Sequence record: NZ_CP099764.1
Origin: a plasmid
Direction: 5' to 3' (one strand)
DNA: 64,000 nucleotides
The position numbers were made by a program, and so were the translations under genes. This document shows positions 35,019 through 44,962 of this stretch, one piece after another (within the stretch, counting starts at the first letter, position 1; each line of letters begins with the position of its first letter). The notes under the pieces are model-generated. The model saw nothing but the letters and a program-made list of their open reading frames with translations. It ran no database searches and was not told the DNA's origin.

Positions 35019-35759
35019 ATGAACAATGTCATTCCCCTGCAGAATTCACCAGAACGCGTCTCCCTGTTACCCATTGCGCCGGGGGTGGATTTTGCAACAG
35101 CGCTCTCCCTGAGAAGAATGGCCACTTCCACAGGGGCCACACCGGCCTACCTGCTGGCCCCGGAAGTGAGTGCCCTTCTTTTCTATATGCCGGATCAGCG
35201 TCACCATATGCTGTTCGCCACCCTCTGGAATACCGGAATGCGTATTGGCGAAGCCCGGATGCTGACACCGGAATCATTTGACCTGGATGGAGTAAGACCG
35301 TTTGTGCGGATCCTGTCCGAAAAAGTGCGTGCGCGACGCGGACGCCCGCCAAAAGATGAAGTCCGCCTGGTTCCGCTGACGGATATAAGCTATGTCAGGC
35401 AGATGGAAAGCTGGATGATCACCACCCGGCCCCGTCGTCGTGAACCATTATGGGCCGTGACCGACGAAACCATGCGCAACTGGCTGAAGCAGGCTGTCAG
35501 ACGGGCCGAAGCTGACGGAGTACACTTTTCGATTCCGGTCACACCACACACCTTCCGGCACAGCTATATCATGCACATGCTCTATCACCGCCAGCCCCGG
35601 AAAGTCATCCAGGCACTGGCTGGTCACAGGGATCCACGTTCTATGGAGGTTTATACCAGAGTGTTTGCACTGGATATGGCAGCCACGCTGGCAGTGCCTT
35701 TCACAGGTGACGGGCGGGATGCTGCGGAGATCCTGCGTACACTGCCTCCCCTGAAGTAA
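35019..35759 (+). CDS. int: Tyrosine site-specific recombinase (phage-integrase family, 246 aa; catalytic R..HxxR..Y region [14 protein letters not shown]...[16 protein letters not shown])
   Basis: Conserved C-terminal catalytic motifs; size comparable to small FimB/XerD-like recombinases; typical companion of RepFIB replicons. Confidence 0.75.
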
Positions 35760-35978
35760 CGGCACCTCCTTATATAAGCAGTGGTCAGCAGAACAGACAT
35801 AACATAAGCTGGAGCAGGTAGATAAGCTGTAGTGAGTAAACCATGTTTTATGAAGGGAGCAATGCCTCAGCATCAGGTTACGGGGTGACTCACGTAAGGA
35901 ACCACGGCAGCCTGGCGGCTGCAAATCGTGGTGTGGCAGAATATGAGCTTTCAGAGTAACCATCCAGAATGAGTTCCC

Positions 35979-36251
35979 ATGTCACACAACCTGGAGCACC
36001 AGAAAGTCCACACCAGAATGGTGAAAGAGGTTCTGAAAGCCGTCGCCAGGGCCAATAATCACCCTTATCAGTCTGTATTTACAGACTTTATCGCCGGTCA
36101 TCCCTCCTGTACGGTCTGTTTCTGGGAAACCTTCCACAAAATGTACCCGGATTCACCGTACGAATACGTCACGTTCTGCCATACCTGCCGTCGTTTTGAT
36201 TTATACGAAACTGAAGCGGAGATGAAGGCGGATGACCCGAAGTGGTGGTGA
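35979..36251 (+). CDS. IS91-family small upstream ORF (copy B)
   Basis: Identical to 2478-2750. Confidence 0.55.
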   Translation: MSHNLEHQKVHTRMVKEVLKAVARANNHPYQSVFTDFIAGHPSCTVCFWETFHKMYPDSPYEYVTFCHTCRRFDLYETEAEMKADDPKWW

Positions 36252-37440
36252 TTTTCAGCCCCGACCGCTGAAACGCCTGTTCACAGCCAACCAGTGCTGG
36301 ACATCCTTCCTGGATGCGGGCGGCCTGCGCGATATCGAGGTTGAGGCTGTCACAAAAATGCTGGCCTGCGGCACGCGGATACTGGGTGTGAAGGAATACA
36401 ACTGCGATAAACCTGAGTGCCCCCACGTCAGATACGTCACTAACTCATGTGGCAGCCGTGCCTGCCCGTCCTGCGGAAAAAAGGCCACAGACCTGTGGAT
36501 AGCGACACAGCTGAATCGTCTTCCTGACTGCGACTGGGTGCACCTGGTCTTCACCCTGCCGGACACGCTGTGGCCGGTGTTCGAAAGCAACCGCTGGCTG
36601 CTGAATGACGTGTGCCGTCTGGCGGTGGAGAATCTGCTGTATGCAGCCCGGAAACGGGGTCTGGAACCCGGTATCTTCTGCGCCATCCATACGTATGGCC
36701 GTCGTCTCAACTGGCATCCGCATGTGCATGTGTCAGTGACCTGCGGAGGTCTGAATAAACACGGACACTGGAAAAAGCTGAGCTTCCTGAAAGACGCGAT
36801 GCGTTCGCGGTGGATGTGGAATATGCGGCAGCTGCTTCTGAAAGCGTGGTCAGAAGGTCTGGCGATGCCGGAATCGTTGTCACATATCACGACGGAATCA
36901 CAGTGGAGAAGCCTGGTGCTGAAAGCCGGCGGAAAATACTGGCATGTGTACATGTCGAAGAAGACAGCCGGAGGGCGGAATACGGCACGCTACCTGGGTC
37001 GTTATCTGAAGAAGCCACCAATAGCGGCTTCCCGGCTGGCGCATTACAACGGAGGAGCGAGTCTGAGCTTCCGTTACCTGGACCACAAAACGGGAGAAAC
37101 GGCGACGGAAACGCTGACACAGCGGGAGCTGGTCGCGAGGCTGAAACAGCACATCCCGGAGAAGTTTTTTAAGATGGTGAGATACTTCGGGTTCCTTGCC
37201 AACCGGGTGTGTGGAGAGAAGCTGCCGCAGGTGTACCGTGCTCTGGGGATGGATAAGCCGGAACCAGTGGCGAAAGTGTGCTATGCACAAATGGTGAAAC
37301 AGTTCCTGAGTCGTGACCCGTTCGAATGCGTGCTGTGTGGCGGCCGGATGGTATACCGCCGGGCCATTGCGGGGCTGAATGTATCAGGGCTGAAGAAAAA
37401 CGCGCGGGATATCAGTCTGCTGAGGTATATGCCGGCCTGA
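36232..37440 (+). CDS. tnpA: IS91-family HUH transposase TnpA (copy B)
   Basis: Identical to 1289-2497. Confidence 0.85.
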   Translation: MTRSGGDFQPRPLKRLFTANQCWTSFLDAGGLRDIEVEAVTKMLACGTRILGVKEYNCDKPECPHVRYVTNSCGSRACPSCGKKATDLWIATQLNRLPDCDWVHLVFTLPDTLWPVFESNRWLLNDVCRLAVENLLYAARKRGLEPGIFCAIHTYGRRLNWHPHVHVSVTCGGLNKHGHWKKLSFLKDAMRSRWMWNMRQLLLKAWSEGLAMPESLSHITTESQWRSLVLKAGGKYWHVYMSKKTAGGRNTARYLGRYLKKPPIAASRLAHYNGGASLSFRYLDHKTGETATETLTQRELVARLKQHIPEKFFKMVRYFGFLANRVCGEKLPQVYRALGMDKPEPVAKVCYAQMVKQFLSRDPFECVLCGGRMVYRRAIAGLNVSGLKKNARDISLLRYMPA

Positions 37441-37611
37441 CACAGGCTAAGTGTGCCCGGGAATCGGTGCAGGTATAAAAAACAGCCTGTTACGGTATAA
37501 AAATCGACCATGCAGAGAGAGAAACCACCGGAGTGGAGGGAAAAGCAGAAAGGCTCACGTGGCATAAGGCGTGGACAGCGGTATCGTCTGGTTTTTCAAT
37601 TTCCTATACGT

Positions 37612-38091
37612 CGAGCCGATGGCCTCCATCTTATCGGTAAGCACCGAAATCATGCCTGAGATACGCTCCAGTTCACCGAAGGTTCGTGCGCGCTGCACGG
37701 CAACAAACACGGCCAGCCTGTAGCGTTCATCATCTGTCAGCCTGCGAATATCCCTGTGCGCCAGCAGGGCTGCAATTACCGGTGCCGCGTGGTGCTCGTA
37801 AATCCCCAGCAGTGGTTCAAGACTCAGACGGTCCGGGTGATTATCGAGGTTGTAGAACGTGTTGCGGACGGTCGCGTCATCCGGCGTGGTGGCATAGGCG
37901 CGCCCGGCAGCCTTGTCAAAGGCGTATAAGCGCTGCCGCTTACCCTTTCCCGGCGTACTGAAATGCTTCAGTAAAAAACGGGGAACCGTATGCTGCCTGA
38001 CCACATCGGTCTGCAGATTGAATGGATCGGCCATAACTTTATCTCCCTGAAAAGCCACGCAAGCGCATCGGTGCATCTGTATTGACGGCAT
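37612..38091 (-). pseudogene. N-terminal part (about 160 aa) of the hypothetical protein gene split by the IS91-like element; ends at a complete codon (…MEAIGS) exactly at the IS oriIS end
   Basis: ORF runs into the IS and terminates 19 codons inside it; partner fragment 3832-4395. Confidence 0.5.
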
Positions 38092-38385
38092 GGGCAGCTG
38101 GTTTGCAGCTTAGCATTAGAAAACAGAACCGTTCGATAATACCTGTGTTTAACGCCCTGTCAGTACCGATGGAATTTAAATCTCCGGAACCGCCGGAAAC
38201 CGGATCTGCACGACGGGAAACGGGCAACTGATATGATAATTTAGCAATACACATAAAATCATATCAGATATGATTTTCATCATTATAAATGAAACAATAT
38301 CTGATATTATCAGAAACTAAGAATACATAAATCATACATGACATGATTTTTACCTGTCAGAACATTATCAGATGGAGCGTGCAGG

Positions 38386-38640
38386 ATGGATGAAGAAAGG
38401 GTGTTTTCACTCAGCTATGAGCAACTAACCCGAATAGCGGAAAAAAATATCCGTGAATGTGGGCTGGACAACCAGAGCGCCAGGTGTATTAGTGAATTGA
38501 AGGCCTCAGCTCTGCTGTGGTTGTGGTATGAACTGGCCATTCATGGTGCGCCACAGAACAATCACGCACAGGCCCGGGAACGCATCGATACCGATTATCA
38601 GCGCCTCAAAAAACTCATCTGGTCGGAGGGTGACAGTTAA
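38386..38640 (+). CDS. Hypothetical protein (84 aa), first gene of a translationally coupled pair (TAATGA overlap)
   Basis: ORF preceded by AGGA; stop overlaps next start. Confidence 0.5.
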   Translation: MDEERVFSLSYEQLTRIAEKNIRECGLDNQSARCISELKASALLWLWYELAIHGAPQNNHAQARERIDTDYQRLKKLIWSEGDS

Positions 38641-39230
38641 TGACTCAGAGCCGCCGACCGTCGCCACTGCAGCGGAGAGTGCTGATTGTGCTGGCTGCCC
38701 TTGATGAAAAACGGCCGGGACCCGTGCTGACGCGGGACATAGAACGGGTGCTGGAGCGAAGCGGGGAAGCCCCGGTCTACGGGCCAAACCTGCGCGCCTC
38801 CTGCCGTCGTCTGGAGGATGCCGGCTGGCTTCGTACCCTGCGCGCTCCGAACCTGCAGCTGGCAGTGGAGCTGACGGACGCCGGCCGGGCCGTGGCACAG
38901 CCTCTGCTGCTGGCAGAACAGGACCGCCTCCGGGCAGAACAGCGTGCGGCAGAAGTCGTCGTACTGCCGCTGGTCCCGGCAGCAGGTCTGCCCGCAGACG
39001 GCACTTCTGCCACTGATCTGGCGGTAGAGCTGAACGGCATAACGTATCAGGCCTGCCGTGGGGATTTTGTGGTGCGTCTCGACGGCAGCACCTGTCTGCA
39101 GTTATGGAATAAAGAAGGCAGGGTGGTATGCCTGGAGGGCGATCCGCTGGAAGTGGCGCAGTGGCTGCAGGCCTGTCATGACGCAGGAATAGAGGTTCGC
39201 GTACAGATAAATGAAAGTAGCGTCCCGTAA
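38640..39230 (+). CDS. Hypothetical protein with N-terminal winged-helix-like DNA-binding region (196 aa)
   Basis: LQRRVLIVLAALDEKRPGPVLTRDIERVLERSG resembles wHTH; coupled to upstream ORF. Confidence 0.5.
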   Translation: MTQSRRPSPLQRRVLIVLAALDEKRPGPVLTRDIERVLERSGEAPVYGPNLRASCRRLEDAGWLRTLRAPNLQLAVELTDAGRAVAQPLLLAEQDRLRAEQRAAEVVVLPLVPAAGLPADGTSATDLAVELNGITYQACRGDFVVRLDGSTCLQLWNKEGRVVCLEGDPLEVAQWLQACHDAGIEVRVQINESSVP

Positions 39231-39247
39231 AAACATGCCTGCATGGT

Positions 39248-39595
39248 TTACACGTCATCCCATGGTGGCAGCCGGTTAACTTTCCTGCGCCACCAGTGGA
39301 AAGAGGCCGTGAGCAGTCCGAACAAAAAACCACCCGTGATACTTATAATAATGGCCTCACCTGCCACCATTCCTGACGGCCCCCAGTAGATAAACCACAT
39401 TGCACATCCCCAGGAAGTGCCCCATAAGCCCCCCGTCAGCACCGCGACCTGCCAGAACGGCATAAAGGGTAATGGCGGAAGCCGGATACCCAGCCGCCAG
39501 AGAATACGCAGAAGAGGAGGGGCATAATTGCTCCGCCACATCTTTTTGCTGTCCATCAGGGCAATGGCCCGGGCTTTTTTCTGCTCAAAGGGCAC
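39248..39595 (-). CDS. Hypothetical small membrane protein (115 aa)
   Basis: Two hydrophobic helices, W-rich; IncF backbone context. Confidence 0.4.
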   Translation of the reverse strand: MPFEQKKARAIALMDSKKMWRSNYAPPLLRILWRLGIRLPPLPFMPFWQVAVLTGGLWGTSWGCAMWFIYWGPSGMVAGEAIIISITGGFLFGLLTASFHWWRRKVNRLPPWDDV

Positions 39596-39679
39596 AGGAG
39601 CACCTCCGTTCCATGATGTAAACGTGACACAGCTTATTGTTATTGATTATTATCATGCTGTGATATCCGGACAGCCCCT

Positions 39680-39961
39680 CTATGGCCACTTCTGTGCAGT
39701 ATGCAATACTCGCAGGATATACACTTTTCCCCACTGGCTGTCGACCTCATAAACCAGAACAAAATGTGGGTGAATAACCAGTTCCCGGGTACCTTCCACA
39801 CGACCGTTGCGGCCTTTATACGGCTGCCCGGCCAGGCTGCTGGCTGAATAACCAATCCGTTCGTCCAGTTCAATGGCGGCCATCAGGTTCTGCTCCGCAA
39901 TGTACTCACGAATGCGCTTCCTGTCCTGGCTGGCCAGCATGGTCCAGAATATCTCCATCAT
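39680..39961 (-). CDS. Type II toxin, RelE/ParE superfamily (93 aa)
   Basis: Size, basic C-terminus, 4-bp overlap with upstream RHH-type antitoxin gene. Confidence 0.7.
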   Translation of the reverse strand: MMEIFWTMLASQDRKRIREYIAEQNLMAAIELDERIGYSASSLAGQPYKGRNGRVEGTRELVIHPHFVLVYEVDSQWGKVYILRVLHTAQKWP

Positions 39962-40227
39962 TTACCGGCGACCTTCCTGCTCATTTCATCCCTCCATGCT
40001 GCAGCAGATGATTCGACCATGTCATGGGGAAGCACATCGCCGTGCTCGAGTTGCTGACGTCCTGCCGCAACCTGGTCGCGGAACCAGGTATTATGCTGCC
40101 GTTCAACGGTCTGGCGCATAAAATCCCGGATTAACTGAGAGCCATTACGATCCATGCTTTTTGCAGCGGCCATAAAAGCATCCTTCAGTTCAGCGTCGAT
40201 TCTTAAACTCATATTAACCTGTGCCAT
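39958..40227 (-). CDS. Type II antitoxin, ribbon-helix-helix/RelB-ParD-like (89 aa)
   Basis: MAQVNMSLRIDAELKDAFMAAAKSMDRNGSQLIRDFMRQTVERQ typical RHH N-terminus; operon with toxin. Confidence 0.7.
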   Translation of the reverse strand: MAQVNMSLRIDAELKDAFMAAAKSMDRNGSQLIRDFMRQTVERQHNTWFRDQVAAGRQQLEHGDVLPHDMVESSAAAWRDEMSRKVAGK

Positions 40228-40559
40228 TTATCACCTCGTCATTACTACGTATATACACAGTATATAACGATTCAGATATCGTCACCAGGATATGCCGCGT
40301 CAGCGGCATGGAAGGCGGCACTCCATTGTTGCATATGATACCGGAGTAAAACCGCCGAAGCCCGGCGTAAGCCGGTACTGATTGATAGATTTCACCTGTC
40401 CCATCCCCGCCCTGCTAAGCCATACCCGCTTTCAGCCATGATAGCGCTTCTGTGCGCGGTCGGAGTGGTCCCGACGAGGGTTTACCCGAAGTCGGGGCGT
40501 ATCTCCGCGTTAGCGGGCCGTCAGGGCCGCTTACGAGCGTGTACTCGATACTTCCAGCG

Positions 40560-41140
40560 AGAAGACTGACAGCGATGGAAATGCTTAGTTACAACATTCA
40601 TAATTAAAAGCGACTCTGTTCCGGCCCTTTGGGCCGGGGCGGGGCCGCTTTTCAGTTATGAGGGGGGGCTTTGCGGTTTCAGTTCTGCGCGGGACCGGGT
40701 TTTTTTTGGTGGTTGTATCTGAGTGTTGTAACTAAAGTGGCTCCGGTCGGGGCCCGCCGCTTGCGGTGGGAGGTGCATATCTGTCTGTCCACAGGACAGA
40801 CAGTGAACAGGTTTTCTTTTTAAATGAATGTAGTTAAGTAGTTTAAAGGAGATATAAACAGGTGTTTAAAAGATACATTGCATCCTGTAAGGCTGGCGGA
40901 TGGCGCTTTATGACATGAACGGTTGTAACCTTATGGGGAAGTCCCTTGCAGCTAAATGTGGATAAGCAAAATTCCTCGTCTGTGAGGCGTGTTTTGTATC
41001 AAAAACAGGAGGGACCGGATGCACCTGAAGGTGGATGATGAGGTTGTTTTTTGTATGCGGTGCTGTTTTTTTGTTCGCCGACAGGCTTCAGGCGTGCAGA
41101 TGCCTCCGGTGCGGGCCGGATTATTCAGAGGAGGTCACTT
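40560..41140. other. RepFIIA origin region (oriR) downstream of repA1 with multiple GC-rich hairpins and a 23-bp palindrome ctgtctgtccacaggacagacag
   Basis: Position immediately 3' of repA1; palindromes seen directly. Confidence 0.4.
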
Positions 41141-41998
41141 TCAGGGGGAAGCTGTGGCCAGCCGGCTGTAATTGCGGTTACGTGACAGAATCATGCGCTC
41201 CTTCACACGACGTTCCACTTCGCGTTTTATCGCCTCACGATTGGCAGTGAAGCGCCCTTCCGAGATTTCACGCGTCAGCTGCCGTTTCACCAGGGTGACG
41301 ATATCCTGACGTTCCCTGTTCGCATCACGACGCGCACGGGCACGTTTTATTCCACGGGACTTAAGCTCTGTCTGGTAACTGCGGAAACGCTCACGCACAA
41401 AACGCCAGGCTTTCGCTATCAGTTCATCCATACCCAGTGCATCCAGTCCCTGCTTCTTGCGCTGTCTGTTTTCCCATTCCACACGACTGCGGCGTGCGGA
41501 AGCCACCGCCACCTCAGACACATCGAGAGCGGCAAACAGTGCCGGTGTGAACGTGATGTCGGTCGGAATGTAGCACCCGATAAGCGGGTCATATTCCGTC
41601 TGGTAGGTAATCAACCCCAGCTCTGACAGGAACGTCAGGGCACGGGTGGCACGAGTGATGGAGAGTTTTCCTGCACCGGACTCTGTCGCCAGTCCGCACT
41701 CAATGGCCAGCGTGGTGATGGAGCACTGGACGCGGTTGGCCAGCGGATCATAGTGAAAACAGAGCCCCTGCAGCAGCGCATCAATGGCCCGGCGACGCAG
41801 TACCGGTGGCATGCGCCGACGCAGACCACGCGAACGGGCATGCGCCACATGAATGGCGAAATCAAAACGGGAGGTGAAGCCCACCGCCTTTTCCATCAGT
41901 TTTTCGCAGAACTTCAGCGTTCCGGCACCTTTACGGGGTGTAAACACCGGATTCGGGTTCTTTACCTGGCGGTAATACGTTTGTTGAAGATCAGTCAC
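41141..41998 (-). CDS. repA1: IncFII (RepFIIA) replication initiator RepA1 (about 285 aa, likely GTG start)
   Basis: ...[66 protein letters not shown]... ends ...[12 protein letters not shown]. Confidence 0.9.
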
Positions 41999-42010
41999 AC
42001 CATCCTGCAC

Positions 42011-42311
42011 TTACAATGCGCAGAAGGAGTGAGCACAGAAAGAAGTCTTGAACTTTTCCGGGCATATAGCTATACTCCCCGCATAGCTGAATTGCTGGCT
42101 ATACGGTTTTTAGATGGCCCCGGTAATCTTTCTGTACTCGCCAAAGTTAAAGAAGATTATCGGGGTTTTTGCTTTTCTGGCTCCTGTACATCCACATCAG
42201 AACCAGTTCCTTGCCACCTTATGGCGTGGCCAGCCATAAAATTCCTTAAACGATCAGCAATCTATCACGCACACCAGAAACAGGCAAGAATGTGATGTCG
42301 CTACATTTCAG
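42011..42311. ncRNA. copA: repA1 leader region expected to encode antisense CopA RNA and the tap/repA6 leader peptide (position-based inference)
   Basis: Canonical IncFII organisation copB - copA/leader - repA1; not verified by sequence motif. Confidence 0.35.
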
Positions 42312-42560
42312 TTAGCTAAAAGCACTCTTCTGCCTTATCAGTTCGGCAATCATCTCAGCCTGAGTAACACCCTCAGCTTCACACATCTCCTGCAATTGCG
42401 CTTTTAACGCAGCAGGAATAAACACTCTGAGTTCTTTATGTGTGGCTCGTTTTCTTGCCAGGGATGCCTGCTGACGTTCTGCAAGCGTCAGAGGATTATC
42501 TTTTCTATATGCTCGCTTTGTACCTGATGAGGAAGTCACTGCATTTTCTGTCTGCGACAT
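42312..42560 (-). CDS. copB: IncFII copy-number repressor CopB (RepA2), 82 aa
   Basis: [47 protein letters not shown]... Confidence 0.85.
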   Translation of the reverse strand: MSQTENAVTSSSGTKRAYRKDNPLTLAERQQASLARKRATHKELRVFIPAALKAQLQEMCEAEGVTQAEMIAELIRQKSAFS

Positions 42561-42843
42561 CTCGCCTCCTCAATTCTCAAACAGGGATCGTTTCGCAGAG
42601 GATACTACAGTTTTTTGAAATCAGCGACTTGAAAGTTGTGACGATGATCTGTGTTGGCGCACAAATCATGTCTGATTACGACCGTTTAATGTGATTTTGA
42701 TAATGAAATGACTGAAAAGATGGAAATGCCTTAACCTGTGTGCCGGCCCCGGGCGGGACCGGCTGTTTCTGGCATGTCGGGTGTCTGCCCCTGAAATACC
42801 TCACACTTCCGGAAAGCGGGGACTTCCGTCCCCGCCCGGCAGC

Positions 42844-42993
42844 TTACTTCCGTGCTTCGTAGGCCAGAGTTACCTGCACCACTGTATTTCCCCTGTGAAT
42901 ATTCAGCTCACATAACCGTTCCCTGAATATCAGTAAAAAACACAACACCGTGGCGCACACGGCGAGCACCCCGATAAGGGCATATTTCGTCAT
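42844..42993 (-). CDS. srnB: Hok/Gef-family post-segregational killing toxin SrnB (49 aa) with overlapping upstream mok-like reading frame extending to 43254
   Basis: MTKYALIGVLAVCATVLCFLLIFRERLCELNIHRGNTVVQVTLAYEARK. Confidence 0.85.
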   Translation of the reverse strand: MTKYALIGVLAVCATVLCFLLIFRERLCELNIHRGNTVVQVTLAYEARK

Positions 42994-43272
42994 AAACTTT
43001 GACCTCTCTGCAAGGAAGAGGCTACAATCAGTAGTGTTAAGGTACTTCATGCAGGCCTCACGAGTTAATGGATTAACAAGTGGGGTCTTCGCATTTCTGG
43101 TACCTGCGTCTTGCCTGAACCAGAAAGGCTCAGACACCCGCCGCGATAATACCACATTCCCTGTTACTGACCATTCCCTCCATTTCCCGCTTTTCACTAC
43201 AGAAACGCCAGGGGCGGGGAAAACTTGCTTTTTCCCGTCCCCGGGGTTGGACAACTGAGCAACGCGAAGGCG

Positions 43273-43670
43273 TCAGTGGATTTTTATGATCCTTCCAAAC
43301 TCTGCTTCCATTTTTTTCATATCCTGTTCTCTTACTGCGACTATCAGTTGTTTTCCTGATTTTCGTGCCACTCTGGCAAACTGCATGACGGCAGATTCAT
43401 TATTCAAATCAGACCATCCTGTACAATTAAAAATAATAATATGCTCACTGGCGTTCAGCGCATTCCTGATAAAAATAACAGCATAATCATTTAATGTTCT
43501 GTCAGAACAACTGTAAATCTGGCTGAAATCATAATACTTATAATCAGTGATATTCAGTTTATTTAAAAAGCTATCAACTTCGAAGCTGATTCCCCCACTA
43601 TAAGAACATTATGATTAGACGATGTGATTAATTCTGATACTGCCTGATAGTTCATTTGTTCACCTTTCAT
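43273..43670 (-). pseudogene. Frameshifted hypothetical gene (about 131 codons) in 30%-GC DNA; frame changes at a T5A3 run near 43566-43573
   Basis: Manual translation: MKGEQMNYQAVSELITSSNHNVLIVGESASKLIAF* then, in the +1 frame, ...NKLNITDYKYYDFSQIYSCSDRTLNDYAVIFIRNALNASEHIIIFNCTGWSDLNNESAVMQFARVARKSGKQLIVAVREQDMKKMEAEFGRIIKIH*. Confidence 0.4.
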
Positions 43671-43757
43671 TAACAGAGAAATAAGTTAATAATGTAATAT
43701 GCTTCATGCTTTTAAATATCGCATTTCAATGAGAACTCAATAGCCACAGAAATATCA

Positions 43758-44219
43758 TTATTTCCGTGAGCGCCATACCCAGGGCGGAACAGGAGCGCTG
43801 TCTGCCCACAGACCACGTTTCTGCTGTCGTACTTCTCCCTGCAGGACAGGAAGAACAGGATCGGTGTTGTACTGCTCATAAACCCATGCATCGCCTGCAC
43901 GGACCATAAACTGATTAACATTCATTCCGTCTGGTGCATAAACCTGCCCGAGAATACGACCATAATGATCTCGCTGAAAATATGTGACAGTAACCGTTTT
44001 TCCCGCAACCAGAGATTTCATTATTTTTTCAGACCACCGTCCATATTCCTGTTTCTTTTCAGGTGCATCAATATTAACAAGACGGACACGCACCGGATGC
44101 TGAGATAACATGACGTCAATGGTATTGCCATCCAGAACACGCACGCCCCGTCCATGAATATCAGCAGAAAATACCTGACATGAAAAAACAAATAATACCA
44201 CTGGTATATATTTCTTCAT
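43758..44219 (-). CDS. nuc: Secreted thermonuclease (micrococcal-nuclease/SNase family; IncF nuc/yigB)
   Basis: Signal peptide MKKYIPVVLFVFSCQVFS then SNase motifs DGNTIDV...VRLVNIDAPE. Confidence 0.8.
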   Translation of the reverse strand: MKKYIPVVLFVFSCQVFSADIHGRGVRVLDGNTIDVMLSQHPVRVRLVNIDAPEKKQEYGRWSEKIMKSLVAGKTVTVTYFQRDHYGRILGQVYAPDGMNVNQFMVRAGDAWVYEQYNTDPVLPVLQGEVRQQKRGLWADSAPVPPWVWRSRK

Positions 44220-44677
44220 TTTACTCTCCGTCACTGATTACTTTTCGTGATTGCATGAATTCCATGCCGGGATGAATAATGGCTCACGTATCACGCAAAA
44301 AATAAACCGTTGAGTTGTGATCAATTCAACAAAATAAGATGAGGTGACTTAATACACATATGGCTATGTGTTACTAAAAACGCTGGTCAGCCAGCCTGAC
44401 CAGACACATAAGAAACAACGTCTCATGCATTATTCAGCCTCCTGATACCTGGAGTAACGGAGGCTGCTTTTTCTGTCACATATTTCCCGTGAAGGCGTTA
44501 CCGGTTTCCGTGGGTAACATGTGACGGAGATTATATTTTTAATCTCCGTGTATTCATCATACCTGCTCTTGCTGACAGGATAACTGTGTTATATCGCAGG
44601 CTACCGGATGTGGCGCTGAATATAACGGTCATAGATAAGTCATACATGCCCTGCTCAGGGGATTAGCGATAAGACGG

Positions 44678-44705
44678 ACCGGGAGAGTCATCTCCCGGTT
44701 TTTCT
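44678..44705 (+). terminator. Rho-independent terminator-like hairpin ccgggagagtcatctcccgg + T-run
   Basis: 8-bp GC stem followed by TTTTT. Confidence 0.45.
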
Positions 44706-44928
44706 TTATCCTGCCGCGAATACAGCCCGGCTGTCTGTCAGATTCACCGGATAACCCTACTGTTATGCATGCCACTGTCACCTCCTGCTTCTTGAAATTC
44801 ATCACATTTTTTATCCCTGCTGGCTTACCCGGGATGTGAAATATGTTAATTCTGTGATGTCCGTTTGAAAGACAGGGCAACTCCTTCTTACACCACTATA
44901 ATAATAATAACGATCTGCCATATAAGTC

Positions 44929-44962
44929 TGATCCCCCGGAGCTCCGCGACGGGGGTTATTTT
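44929..44962 (+). terminator. Rho-independent terminator-like hairpin cccccggagctccgcgacggggg + TTATTTTT
   Basis: GC-rich stem and U-tract seen directly. Confidence 0.45.

Larger units (their letters stand above)
35899..37611 (+). mobile_element. IS91-family IS1294-like element copy B (1713 bp), inverted relative to copy A; oriIS-like end at 37611
   Basis: Identical to reverse complement of 1118-2830. Confidence 0.8.

Noticed and set aside
38506-39333. 275-aa minus-strand ORF over the two-gene operon
   Set aside because: Pro/Arg/Ala-rich antisense frame in GC-rich DNA; the sense-strand genes have RBSs and translational coupling.
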